Shown here piece after piece: positions 56,107-64,000 of a DNA stretch of 64,000 nt; positions within the stretch are counted from its first letter, which is position 1; the number at the start of each line of letters is the position of its first letter. Location of the stretch: UHGV virus genome UHGV-0272730; one strand, 5' to 3'. Under the pieces are notes generated by a model. The model saw only the letters and a program-made list of their open reading frames with translations, did not search any database and had not been told where the DNA came from. Source of the DNA: a virus. Position numbers and translations under genes: made by a program.

Positions 56107-56627
56107 TCATAAGCTTCTCCGTGATTTGAAAACTCTTTATGTAGTTCTTCTCTTTTCTTTTTGACAACTGATTCAGCCTCAGTGATAGAGTCAAATAAAC
56201 CTAGATGGTAGCATACTTTATTATGCTTGACTTGTGCAGCCCATCTACCTCTTTGCTTGTGGTAATATACACCCTTCACACCAGACTTATTATCTTTTCT
56301 TTTGACTGCATTGCAGTTGTTGTCTGACCTGCTACACTCTCTCAAATTGTCGAACCAGTTGTCGTGCCTGATACCATTCTTGTGGTCAACAAATTTTGGG
56401 AGGTAGCCTTTCATATACAAGAATGCCAGTCTGTGTGCTGCATATCTTTTTCCGAAGAGTTTTATATAGATATAACCACTATGGTGTTTAAGACCTGCTA
56501 CTGAGCCAGCTTTGGCCTTACCTCTTCTACCAACTAACCAAGTAAAGACCCCTGTTTCGGGGTCATAGTGCAGGTATTCTTTAAGAGTTTGTTGAGTTAA
56601 CATTTGGTGTCCACCCATACTTATCAA
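56103..56627 (-). CDS. HNH homing endonuclease with AP2 domain
   Basis: 174 aa; VDHKNGIRHDNWFDNLRECSRSDNNCN and GVKGVYYHKQRGRWAAQV; paralogue of 43221..43712. Confidence 0.6.
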   Translation of the reverse strand: MISMGGHQMLTQQTLKEYLHYDPETGVFTWLVGRRGKAKAGSVAGLKHHSGYIYIKLFGKRYAAHRLAFLYMKGYLPKFVDHKNGIRHDNWFDNLRECSRSDNNCNAVKRKDNKSGVKGVYYHKQRGRWAAQVKHNKVCYHLGLFDSITEAESVVKKKREELHKEFSNHGEAYE

Positions 56628-57627
56628 AAGTGAAATCGTCTTTCTTGTTTCTTTCCTGATAAGCTAAGAAAAAGTGTTGCTGCATTAACTCTAAAGGTGT
56701 TCTGGTAATTGTTTGACCATCCCATGATACATAAGTGTATGACTCTTTCTTAGCATAAAGTTCATAGATAGCATCAAGACACTCTTTATAAGTATTTTTA
56801 CCTTCAAGGGCTTTCATTACAGTAGCCTTACCAACACCCTTTAAACCAAAATAATTATCAGCATTGTCACCAGCCACAGCTTGATAACAAAGGAATTTAA
56901 AACCTACACCAACTGTCTTCTTAGCTTTTGGTGTTGATTTTATTGGGCAATCCCAAATTTCACCTACGTTGTTGTCAGCAATGAAAATCAAAGGCGACTT
57001 TTCATAGGTCATATCAATGCAGTAAGTCCCTTCAGCTTGGCGAAGGTCTTTATCAATACTCATCAAGGCAGCCTTTTTACCCATCTTTTCAGCTTTAGCA
57101 ATAACGATAGAATCGGCTTCAAATCCATCAAGAATTAGTTTGAACTCTGGTCTTGACAGAAGATACTCACGACAAGCAACTAAGTGTGTTGGTGTGACAG
57201 CATCTTTACGGTTACCTTGATATTGGTGCTCAAGACCTTTAATGTCTTTATGTTTATGTACACCTTTCTCTGTTAAATAGCCTACCCAAGTTCTCTCTTT
57301 CCCAACAACCTTAAGCCATTCCTGAAGCACCTGTTGAGTAGCCATGATAGCTTCTTTTTCACTCTTAGCTTCTTTCCAAGTCTGTCTTTCCCATTCATCT
57401 TCATCAAATGTCAGGCCAAGCTCTTCCACAAGGATTCTCTGGTCTGCTAACCATCTTGCAGCATCTTTCGCATTATCAAATGGTTCAGATTCTTCTGCTG
57501 TGAGTTTATTAACGTATTTATATTTTGCTTTCTCAACTACACAAGCACCTTTATAGGCAATGCTGTCAGAGTCAATAAAGACATGTGTAACTGAATCGGG
57601 AAGCTTTGTTAATGTGTACTTCTCCAT
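56581..57627 (-). CDS. 5'-3' exonuclease / RNase H (FEN-like)
   Basis: 348 aa; N-terminal VFIDSDSIAYKGA and central ALMSIDKDLRQA resemble FEN/T4 RNase H motifs. Confidence 0.55.
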   Translation of the reverse strand: MEKYTLTKLPDSVTHVFIDSDSIAYKGACVVEKAKYKYVNKLTAEESEPFDNAKDAARWLADQRILVEELGLTFDEDEWERQTWKEAKSEKEAIMATQQVLQEWLKVVGKERTWVGYLTEKGVHKHKDIKGLEHQYQGNRKDAVTPTHLVACREYLLSRPEFKLILDGFEADSIVIAKAEKMGKKAALMSIDKDLRQAEGTYCIDMTYEKSPLIFIADNNVGEIWDCPIKSTPKAKKTVGVGFKFLCYQAVAGDNADNYFGLKGVGKATVMKALEGKNTYKECLDAIYELYAKKESYTYVSWDGQTITRTPLELMQQHFFLAYQERNKKDDFTFDKYGWTPNVNSTNS

Positions 57628-57689
57628 TATGGCTCTCCATATGAAAAAGCCCCATACTAAGTACAGGGCTTTAAAGTAACTTTTAGAGA

Positions 57690-58547
57690 TTAATCTTCTG
57701 TATCGAAGTCTTCATCTTCTTCGTCATCTGGGTCTGGCAAGTCTTCATCATCACCATCATCAGAATCATTCGAAGGTTTATGGTCTGTTGCGTCTTCTTC
57801 AGTGATTTCACCGTTATCTTCAACACCATCAAGACCAAGCATAGCCAGTTCATCTTCATCCAGTTCAGGTTCACCATTAGCACCGTTACCACCAGTGTAA
57901 GGTACAAGAGTATCAATGATAAACTGTTCCTGAATAGGTTTTGTCAGAACATTGTTCTCAAAAGTGTAGAAGTGAGTAGAAAGAATCACACTACCAAAAG
58001 AGCCGTTACCAACTGCAATATCTGGATGAATTACATCATAGTTCTTATCATCTTCATGTTTGTCAGATGCTTGAGCTTTGATTTTCTTCATCGGCTGCTT
58101 AACAGCTACACGCTTACCATTTACTTCTTCAATCAGCATCACAGGGAATGACTGTTTAGCTGTCCATACAGCACCGTCTTTATAAGCTGCTGCACGACTT
58201 ACTTTCAAGATGTAGTAAGTGTCTGCTTCAAAAGGTGGTTTACAACCAAACTTCTCTTCGAAGTCGTCTGCATCAACTGCTTCAGTAGTAACTTTATCCC
58301 ATCCTTCTGGATTTTTCTTAGACTTAGTAAACTCTTTAAACAGTTTGTTACCGTCTTCTGCCAGAATTGATACGCTGTAGTTACAATCTTTTCCTGGGAA
58401 TTTCTTATCAATAGACTTACCTTTTCCCGGACGTGGTGAAGTATTCAGGTAATAAAACCAGACATCTTTCAGCAGGTAACGCAGAGTTTGACGTTCAGTA
58501 CCGTTGTACTTCTCTACCGGAGCTTTCATTTTAACAACTTTAGACAT
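57690..58547 (-). CDS. acidic-tailed protein, possible ssDNA-binding protein
   Basis: 285 aa; extreme acidic C-terminus (DDGDDEDLPDPDDEEDEDFDTED); lies in replication block. Confidence 0.3.
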   Translation of the reverse strand: MSKVVKMKAPVEKYNGTERQTLRYLLKDVWFYYLNTSPRPGKGKSIDKKFPGKDCNYSVSILAEDGNKLFKEFTKSKKNPEGWDKVTTEAVDADDFEEKFGCKPPFEADTYYILKVSRAAAYKDGAVWTAKQSFPVMLIEEVNGKRVAVKQPMKKIKAQASDKHEDDKNYDVIHPDIAVGNGSFGSVILSTHFYTFENNVLTKPIQEQFIIDTLVPYTGGNGANGEPELDEDELAMLGLDGVEDNGEITEEDATDHKPSNDSDDGDDEDLPDPDDEEDEDFDTED

Positions 58548-58765
58548 TATTTAAACCTCTATCTCAATTTATGAAGAGTACCAATTCTAATTTGTTGATA
58601 CTCTATTGTCAAACATTAATTACTGGAAGTTGTGCTTATCTTTAGAAGCTGCTTTACGTGCAGTTTTTCCAGTTCTTACACGTTTTTCTTCATAGTATTT
58701 TGCTGGTTTTCCAGCAGTGGCTTTTAAAGAGTCCCCAAAAACTTTTTCAAATGCTTTAGAGTGTT

Positions 58766-59059
58766 TCATGATATTCTCCGATATACTTGATATTCAAACA
58801 CATTTTCTTTCATTATAAACAGCCAACCAATATTATGCTGAGGCAGTGTAATGATGACTGTAATCATACTTTGATGGAACTGTTGTTCTATTTCAACTTC
58901 TCCATCGCATTTCATGTGGAGCATTCTATAGAACCTATCAATCTTTGTCAAACACTCTTCATGAAATTTATTTAAACTTTTTTCTTCAAAGAAGGGTGTG
59001 AACCCCTCTCTTTTATAGCTATCACTCAGTTTCGAACGGGCAGTCATCTGCATCCTCAC
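58766..59059 (-). CDS. hypothetical protein
   Basis: 97 aa ORF overlapping primase-helicase 3' end. Confidence 0.35.
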   Translation of the reverse strand: MRMQMTARSKLSDSYKREGFTPFFEEKSLNKFHEECLTKIDRFYRMLHMKCDGEVEIEQQFHQSMITVIITLPQHNIGWLFIMKENVFEYQVYRRIS

Positions 59060-61013
59060 TTAATACAGGTGGAATCGTTGAGCTTTGACGCTGCTCTTCA
59101 GTATAGACTTCACCAGTCTCACGGTCAAACACTTCATCCTCATAATGTGGCAAAGAGTCATCGTAATGGTCTTCAGCTTCACCAATACCAAACTGCTGGC
59201 GAATGTTTTCTGCTGCACCATCAATGTCAACTCCACAACCAGAGGCTTTAATGAGACGTCCTGTATCTGGATTGTACCAAGTATGACCAGCAATACCTGT
59301 CGACTTACCGTGACGACGGCATTTAGTTAACTTGATTTTTGTCAAGTTTTTCTTAACAGGGTCTGGGTCAACCTTGTTACGCATTAACAGAATGTTATTC
59401 ATAGAAATCTGAAAATACGCACCAGAACCTTTGATATCCTCTTCAGAGATATCTCCACCTTCAGAGTTAGCTTTCTGACCACCTGCACTCTTACGAACAT
59501 GACATACGTTTACCTGCGCATACTGGTAGCGTTTGCAACGACGCAATAGCTCAGACAAAACTTCCTCTTCATCCGTATCTGAACGTGACAGAGCCAACGT
59601 AATAGGGTCAAGAATAATAATCTTACAGTCTAAGCTGTTAACAAGATAGTCAACAAACTCCAGCAAGTTATCTTGGTCAATTGCCCCTTGATGGTCAACG
59701 ATGTGGATACGACGACCTTTAGACAGTTCTGCGTGTGCCTTCTTCAATTCATCCCAATCACGTTCGTCATAAGGAATCTCAGAAATCTGCTTGCTCAGGT
59801 GGATTGCACAGAGCATCTCCATCAACTCTTCATAGGTATCTTCTACAGGAATTACACCAATATTGTAATCGGTATCTTTCCAAGCAGTATAAATCATTTC
59901 ACGAGTGTATGCAGATTTACCCACTGAAGATGGTGCTGCCAGAGTTGTAATCTCACCTAAACCGTAACCACCATAAGTCAGTCTGTTCAAATCTCCGAAA
60001 GATTCTGGGAAAGGAATCAATGGAATCTGACCACGATTCTTCATTGCCTCAAAACCATCTGCGAAGTTCTTGATACCAGCAGGGCAGTAACGAGGTGCGT
60101 TGTAGATACGCTGCTTAAATCCTTCCAGAACTGTGTCTTTCTCTTTATAGAACTTTGTCCACCATTCGTTAAGGTCTTTTACACCCTCTGGATACTGGAA
60201 TAAACGAACCTTCTCAATAGGTAAGATACCAGCAGCCTCTTTGGTAGCTTTAGCACCTGCTTCATCGTTATCAAAGCACAAGTAAATTTCATCAAATGAT
60301 GTGATGTACTGATAGTTATCTTTGATAGACTTGATGTTTGCACCTGACGGAACAGATACATGACAGTAATTCTTACGACGAGATTTGTCCTTAATCGCAA
60401 GAGAAGTCATATAGATTGCTGTCGCACATTCCATCTCACCTTCCCAGATGAATAGACGGTTACCACCTTCTGGAGCAATCCATGAACCGAACATTGCCAG
60501 TTCACCTTTAATGTCTCCAACACCACCAGAAAAGTCTTTTAACTTACCTCGTAGGTGCTCTTTTGGATGGTCTTCTGGGTAACGGTGACGAACACGGTAG
60601 CCAACATGCTCTAGCTTGCCATCTTCATTGCGTTTGTAAGTTGGGTAGAAATGCGCGTCAATTTCACCATCACTGTCAATGTCAACCTTGATACCCAAAC
60701 GCTCAAGAACTTTTGCAGGAATCTTCCTGTCCTTTAAGTCCATTGCTTCAAGGTTTTCTTTCACATCGTCTAAATCCATTCCACGGAAAGTACGGTTTTT
60801 ATTGTCTGAACCAGTAGAATAAGTGCTCACGATTTGTCCTTTATCAAAATCCCACTCTGGGAAACCTTTGTTACAACTAAAGCAAGTCATTGAATAAGAA
60901 CCATCGTCATGATGATAGATTGAACCAGCATCTGATGAACCACAACGTGGACATGCGCAATGACCAACAAACTGACCAGCCTCTTTCAATTTACGACCCT
61001 TAGACATTAGCAC
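59022..61013 (-). CDS. DNA primase-helicase (T7 gp4-like bifunctional)
   Basis: 663 aa; N-terminal zinc finger CACPRCGS...CFSCNKG; C-terminal helicase Walker A AAPSSVGKS. Confidence 0.7.
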   Translation of the reverse strand: MLMSKGRKLKEAGQFVGHCACPRCGSSDAGSIYHHDDGSYSMTCFSCNKGFPEWDFDKGQIVSTYSTGSDNKNRTFRGMDLDDVKENLEAMDLKDRKIPAKVLERLGIKVDIDSDGEIDAHFYPTYKRNEDGKLEHVGYRVRHRYPEDHPKEHLRGKLKDFSGGVGDIKGELAMFGSWIAPEGGNRLFIWEGEMECATAIYMTSLAIKDKSRRKNYCHVSVPSGANIKSIKDNYQYITSFDEIYLCFDNDEAGAKATKEAAGILPIEKVRLFQYPEGVKDLNEWWTKFYKEKDTVLEGFKQRIYNAPRYCPAGIKNFADGFEAMKNRGQIPLIPFPESFGDLNRLTYGGYGLGEITTLAAPSSVGKSAYTREMIYTAWKDTDYNIGVIPVEDTYEELMEMLCAIHLSKQISEIPYDERDWDELKKAHAELSKGRRIHIVDHQGAIDQDNLLEFVDYLVNSLDCKIIILDPITLALSRSDTDEEEVLSELLRRCKRYQYAQVNVCHVRKSAGGQKANSEGGDISEEDIKGSGAYFQISMNNILLMRNKVDPDPVKKNLTKIKLTKCRRHGKSTGIAGHTWYNPDTGRLIKASGCGVDIDGAAENIRQQFGIGEAEDHYDDSLPHYEDEVFDRETGEVYTEEQRQSSTIPPVLSEDADDCPFETE

Positions 61014-61200
61014 CTCTTCGTTGTAGTTCTGCCTTCAATCCATTTTCAATCTTGTCCAGTTCATGAATTTCATCTGCAATCTCTTTCCTTCTTGATTCAA
61101 CTCTCTTAAGACGTTCAATCATTACCTCATTGGAAAGAGATGAGAGTTCCACTAAACGGTGGTCAATAACTTTAAAATTGTCTTTTACTCTCATCTTCAT
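61000..61200 (-). CDS. hypothetical coiled-coil protein
   Basis: 66 aa ORF. Confidence 0.35.
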   Translation of the reverse strand: MKMRVKDNFKVIDHRLVELSSLSNEVMIERLKRVESRRKEIADEIHELDKIENGLKAELQRRGANV

Positions 61201-61208
61201 TCTCTCTT

Positions 61209-61952
61209 TTAAACTTTAATGATGGCTCTTAGCTTGTTCTCAAGGTCTGCAAGAGTACCATTATTATGAATAATGTCACGCTCATATTTTGTAGAAATCC
61301 CATTTTCTGAAACATGTGATGAAACTTTGTCCACATTGTCTCTTTTTACTTCAATAGTTTGGTGTGCAAATCTACTCAGCCATTCAGCTTCAGAGTCAAA
61401 TCTTAAATCACTGATTAAGACAAAACCATATTGATTTCTAAGTGAGCACATTTCATGGAATCTAACCATTCTTTTTTCAAGGTCTTTAGACCAGAACTTG
61501 TCGCCCATTACTTTACGGACAACTTCAGTACCCCAAATCTGTTGAATTTGTCTTGATGAGAATTTATACTTTTTACTAAATCCCAGACGTGTTAATAGGG
61601 TAGGTTTAGCAACCTTCTTAAGCTCCATGATTAATCGTCCGGTTAACTCTGACATAAGCTTGAAGTCCATATGGTAACGTTCATCTCTGAAGGTGAACTC
61701 CATAGCTTCCGTAACTTTAAACATCAGTTCAGGATATGATAAGTCAAATACCTGTGGAGTCTCTTTAGTTTCACCACACAGGTCATTCCAAGTCAGGTCA
61801 AATATCTTTGATGCAGACAGTTTAAGGTTGTCTGCAAAGGCCATTACAGCAACATTGTAGCCGTACTCATCCTCTAAGATGTTCTTCACAATAGAACATG
61901 AGGTGTCTTTTCCAGAGCGTGCCTTTCCAGTAAATGCGATAATATTACTCAT
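61209..61952 (-). CDS. deoxynucleoside monophosphate kinase (putative)
   Basis: 247 aa; N-terminal P-loop FTGKARSGKDT. Confidence 0.5.
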   Translation of the reverse strand: MSNIIAFTGKARSGKDTSCSIVKNILEDEYGYNVAVMAFADNLKLSASKIFDLTWNDLCGETKETPQVFDLSYPELMFKVTEAMEFTFRDERYHMDFKLMSELTGRLIMELKKVAKPTLLTRLGFSKKYKFSSRQIQQIWGTEVVRKVMGDKFWSKDLEKRMVRFHEMCSLRNQYGFVLISDLRFDSEAEWLSRFAHQTIEVKRDNVDKVSSHVSENGISTKYERDIIHNNGTLADLENKLRAIIKV

Positions 61953-62013
61953 TTTATCTCCCTTAATTACTAAAAAGCCCCCAACTAAGGAGGCTTGTAA
62001 GATTTATAAAGAC

Positions 62014-62814
62014 TTAGTGCAGTTGCTCAGCAGACTCTTTTTCAGCCATAGCTGAGATTTGCTTCACAAAATCATCACCAAAGTTAATGCGAAGCTTCTC
62101 TTCAATGATTGAAGCACCAATGCTCACCAGAACATCATTGATTGCTTGCATACTAACACCACCAGTCATACTCTCAATGAACTCAATGCTTGTGCCCATC
62201 ATCTGTGAAAGCTGGATTAGTGCAACGATATTCATCATCGTAGAGATGGCTGGAATCATCAATGCAACTTTCACCTGAAGTGGTTCTATGTCAGCTACAG
62301 AATCATTTTTTACAGCTTCTTCCAAAGAATCTTTGGTTTGCTGGATAATCTCTTTGATTCGTGGGTTTAATTCCTCTACACCCCAATCAAGCTTTTCATA
62401 TCGTGACAGCTTCTCTTCCATTCGCTTCTCAAGAGCAGCCATAACAGCACTCGTTGATGAGATAAGCGTATCAATAATGAAATCTGTGTCCTTAGTCAGC
62501 AACAGTTCCTTATCTTCGTCTGACATCCTGATATAGTCATTCTTTTGCATTTCATAAAAAATGAACTCAGCAAGTGCATCAACACCAACCGCAATAGATG
62601 CCAGAGCAAGTGTAGTGTCTGTCAACATCATATTAACCTGTTCTGCAAAAGCACCGTTATCAGACTTGTATTCAGGCAAGTTATAGCTTGCAGGCATAAA
62701 CTGTTCTGTGTAGTTATTACCACGAAGAATCATAGCCATGCTTTCTACGGCATTGATTAAGAATGCTTCATCAACACCTTTCTCTTCAAGCATCTTTTCT
62801 ACATCGATATTCAT
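62014..62814 (-). CDS. hypothetical protein
   Basis: 266 aa ORF. Confidence 0.45.
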   Translation of the reverse strand: MNIDVEKMLEEKGVDEAFLINAVESMAMILRGNNYTEQFMPASYNLPEYKSDNGAFAEQVNMMLTDTTLALASIAVGVDALAEFIFYEMQKNDYIRMSDEDKELLLTKDTDFIIDTLISSTSAVMAALEKRMEEKLSRYEKLDWGVEELNPRIKEIIQQTKDSLEEAVKNDSVADIEPLQVKVALMIPAISTMMNIVALIQLSQMMGTSIEFIESMTGGVSMQAINDVLVSIGASIIEEKLRINFGDDFVKQISAMAEKESAEQLH

Positions 62815-62815
62815 A

Positions 62816-63238
62816 TTATTTCTCTCTCAGTTGGTTAAGTTTCTTTCTAGAACATTTTAAGTTTTCAGATGAAGAAAAGTCAAGTGTCTTTTCAGAACGT
62901 GGATAATAGTGCCTATCCCAAGAAGTTTCAACATCGTTAATCAGTGATGCTAGATTACACAGGTCTGTACCACTTTGCAACCTCTTTTTAAGAGAATCTA
63001 GTAAAGCAACTGTGTCTTTAGCTTTACGTCTCGCTGTAGCAACATCTTTCATATGCTCAAATACAGAGCATTTTAAGTCATCTTCATAGTCTTCAGACAA
63101 CTCTATTTCATGTTGTATATCAACCATTCTCCTGTGATGGTGAGCATATTCCCGTTGAGCAGCAATGTCAAGTTCTTCCAACTTCTGCAAAGCTCTAACA
63201 AAGTCAGCTATGTCTGGGTGAACAAACATTTTCTGCAT
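62816..63238 (-). CDS. hypothetical protein
   Basis: 140 aa ORF. Confidence 0.45.
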   Translation of the reverse strand: MQKMFVHPDIADFVRALQKLEELDIAAQREYAHHHRRMVDIQHEIELSEDYEDDLKCSVFEHMKDVATARRKAKDTVALLDSLKKRLQSGTDLCNLASLINDVETSWDRHYYPRSEKTLDFSSSENLKCSRKKLNQLREK

Positions 63239-63495
63239 GTAAGCCTCTTTTAAGTAGCTATTAAGTTTTAATCTTTTATCTTAACGTATTCTATACGTTA
63301 TACTTTAAAGCTTTTTAAAAGCTATTAAATAATCTTTTAAGAGTTTTAAAGTATCTGTATAGTTAAACTGTTAAGTAACCTTTTAAGTAAAAACCCACTT
63401 CGCAAAGATTAACACCTTGTCAAGTGCATTGTCAACTTGCTTTTTATAATTTTTTGCAGTAATGTATGAGGTTAATGATTTTAGAGGGAGTAAAA

Positions 63496-64000
63496 ATGGA
63501 AAACGTAGATTTTAAAAACTTACATTTAGTTGGTGATACAGAAACTGATGGTTTACTCCTTGAGTTCACTAAAGTGCACGTAATGGCTTTCGCAGACTAT
63601 AAATCTGACGATGAAGAGCCACCTGTATGGGTCTTTACAGATGAGCCTATCCTCGGTCACAAGTACACTAAGTACATCAAGGGTGGTTTACGTGAAGGTG
63701 TTGAGTTTGCGTTAAAGGCAAAACGACTTTGCATCCATAACGGCCTCGGTTATGACTGGTGGGTTTTCAATCACATTGCACCTGATTTATGGAACTTTGA
63801 TAATCCAAAGTGTAAACCGTGGAGTAATTTCTTTCAGGATTCTCTTATCCAGTCTCGTGTTCAGTGGATGGATAGACCAACTCCAAAGGGTTATAAAGGT
63901 GCTCATGGTTTGGCTGCATGGGGTGCTCGTGTTGGTGTTCGTAAACCAGAGATTGAACATTGGGGTGTGTGGAATGCAGAAATCTTCACTCGTGTTGTAG
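63496..64000 (+). CDS. DNA polymerase, N-terminal 3'-5' exonuclease domain (runs past window end)
   Basis: ATG at 63496 with GAGGGAG SD; open to window end; Exo I-like DTETDG and Exo II-like HNGLGYDWWVF (DnaQ-like); not in ORF track because no stop in window. Confidence 0.55.
   Translation, partial: MENVDFKNLHLVGDTETDGLLLEFTKVHVMAFADYKSDDEEPPVWVFTDEPILGHKYTKYIKGGLREGVEFALKAKRLCIHNGLGYDWWVFNHIAPDLWNFDNPKCKPWSNFFQDSLIQSRVQWMDRPTPKGYKGAHGLAAWGARVGVRKPEIEHWGVWNAEIFTRVV

Noticed and set aside
1-64000. T4-like or T5-like classification
   Set aside because: Head module (S49-type protease-scaffold, different portal/terminase arrangement) does not match T4 gp20-gp23 organisation, and NAMPT/Prs, nrdD/nrdG and rII content fit Felix O1-like phages better; still only an inference
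63752-64000. 82 aa plus-strand ORF at window end
   Set aside because: Out of frame within the longer DNA-polymerase-like reading frame that starts at 63496 with a good SD and carries exonuclease motifs

Overview
This window reads as a contiguous piece of a virulent tailed-phage genome (about 39% GC); gene content resembles Felix O1-like (Ounavirinae) myoviruses, but that placement is inference from memory, not a search. Most genes are on the minus strand. From left to right: (1) a head-morphogenesis block (1-8450) with major capsid, decoration-like protein, S49/ClpP-like prohead protease-scaffold, portal and large terminase; (2) a large minus-strand tRNA array (8675-14460, about 27 tRNAs) interrupted by protein genes, an HNH endonuclease and structured non-coding spacers; (3) a vWA-domain protein gene; (4) a plus-strand block (16723-24637) with a GH24 lysozyme and many unknown small genes; (5) a 1.7 kb ORF-free repeat-rich region flanked by convergent terminators; (6) about 15 small minus-strand early genes, each preceded by a copy of a conserved roughly 70 bp stem-loop plus Shine-Dalgarno cassette; (7) a TARG1/DarG-like macrodomain protein, a spanin pair, a HAD phosphatase, a lytic transglycosylase and an rIIA/rIIB-like pair; (8) a nucleotide-metabolism and replication block: NAMPT-like and PRPP-synthetase-like enzymes split by an HNH-AP2 endonuclease, NrdG, NrdD, glutaredoxin, NrdB, NrdA, a FEN/RNase H-like nuclease, primase-helicase, dNMP kinase and the start of a DNA polymerase. 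Candidates for less-described biology are the NAMPT-like/Prs-like pair (possible NAD+ reconstitution), the macrodomain protein, the repeated early-gene cassettes, the iteron-like ORF-free region, and a vWA protein sitting next to tRNA-like and structured RNA elements. All coordinates and tRNA anticodons were parsed by eye; tRNA ends are approximate (a few nt) and identities need tRNAscan-SE/ARAGORN confirmation. The ORF track evidently allows TTG/GTG starts, so a few starts were moved to an ATG with a proper Shine-Dalgarno.
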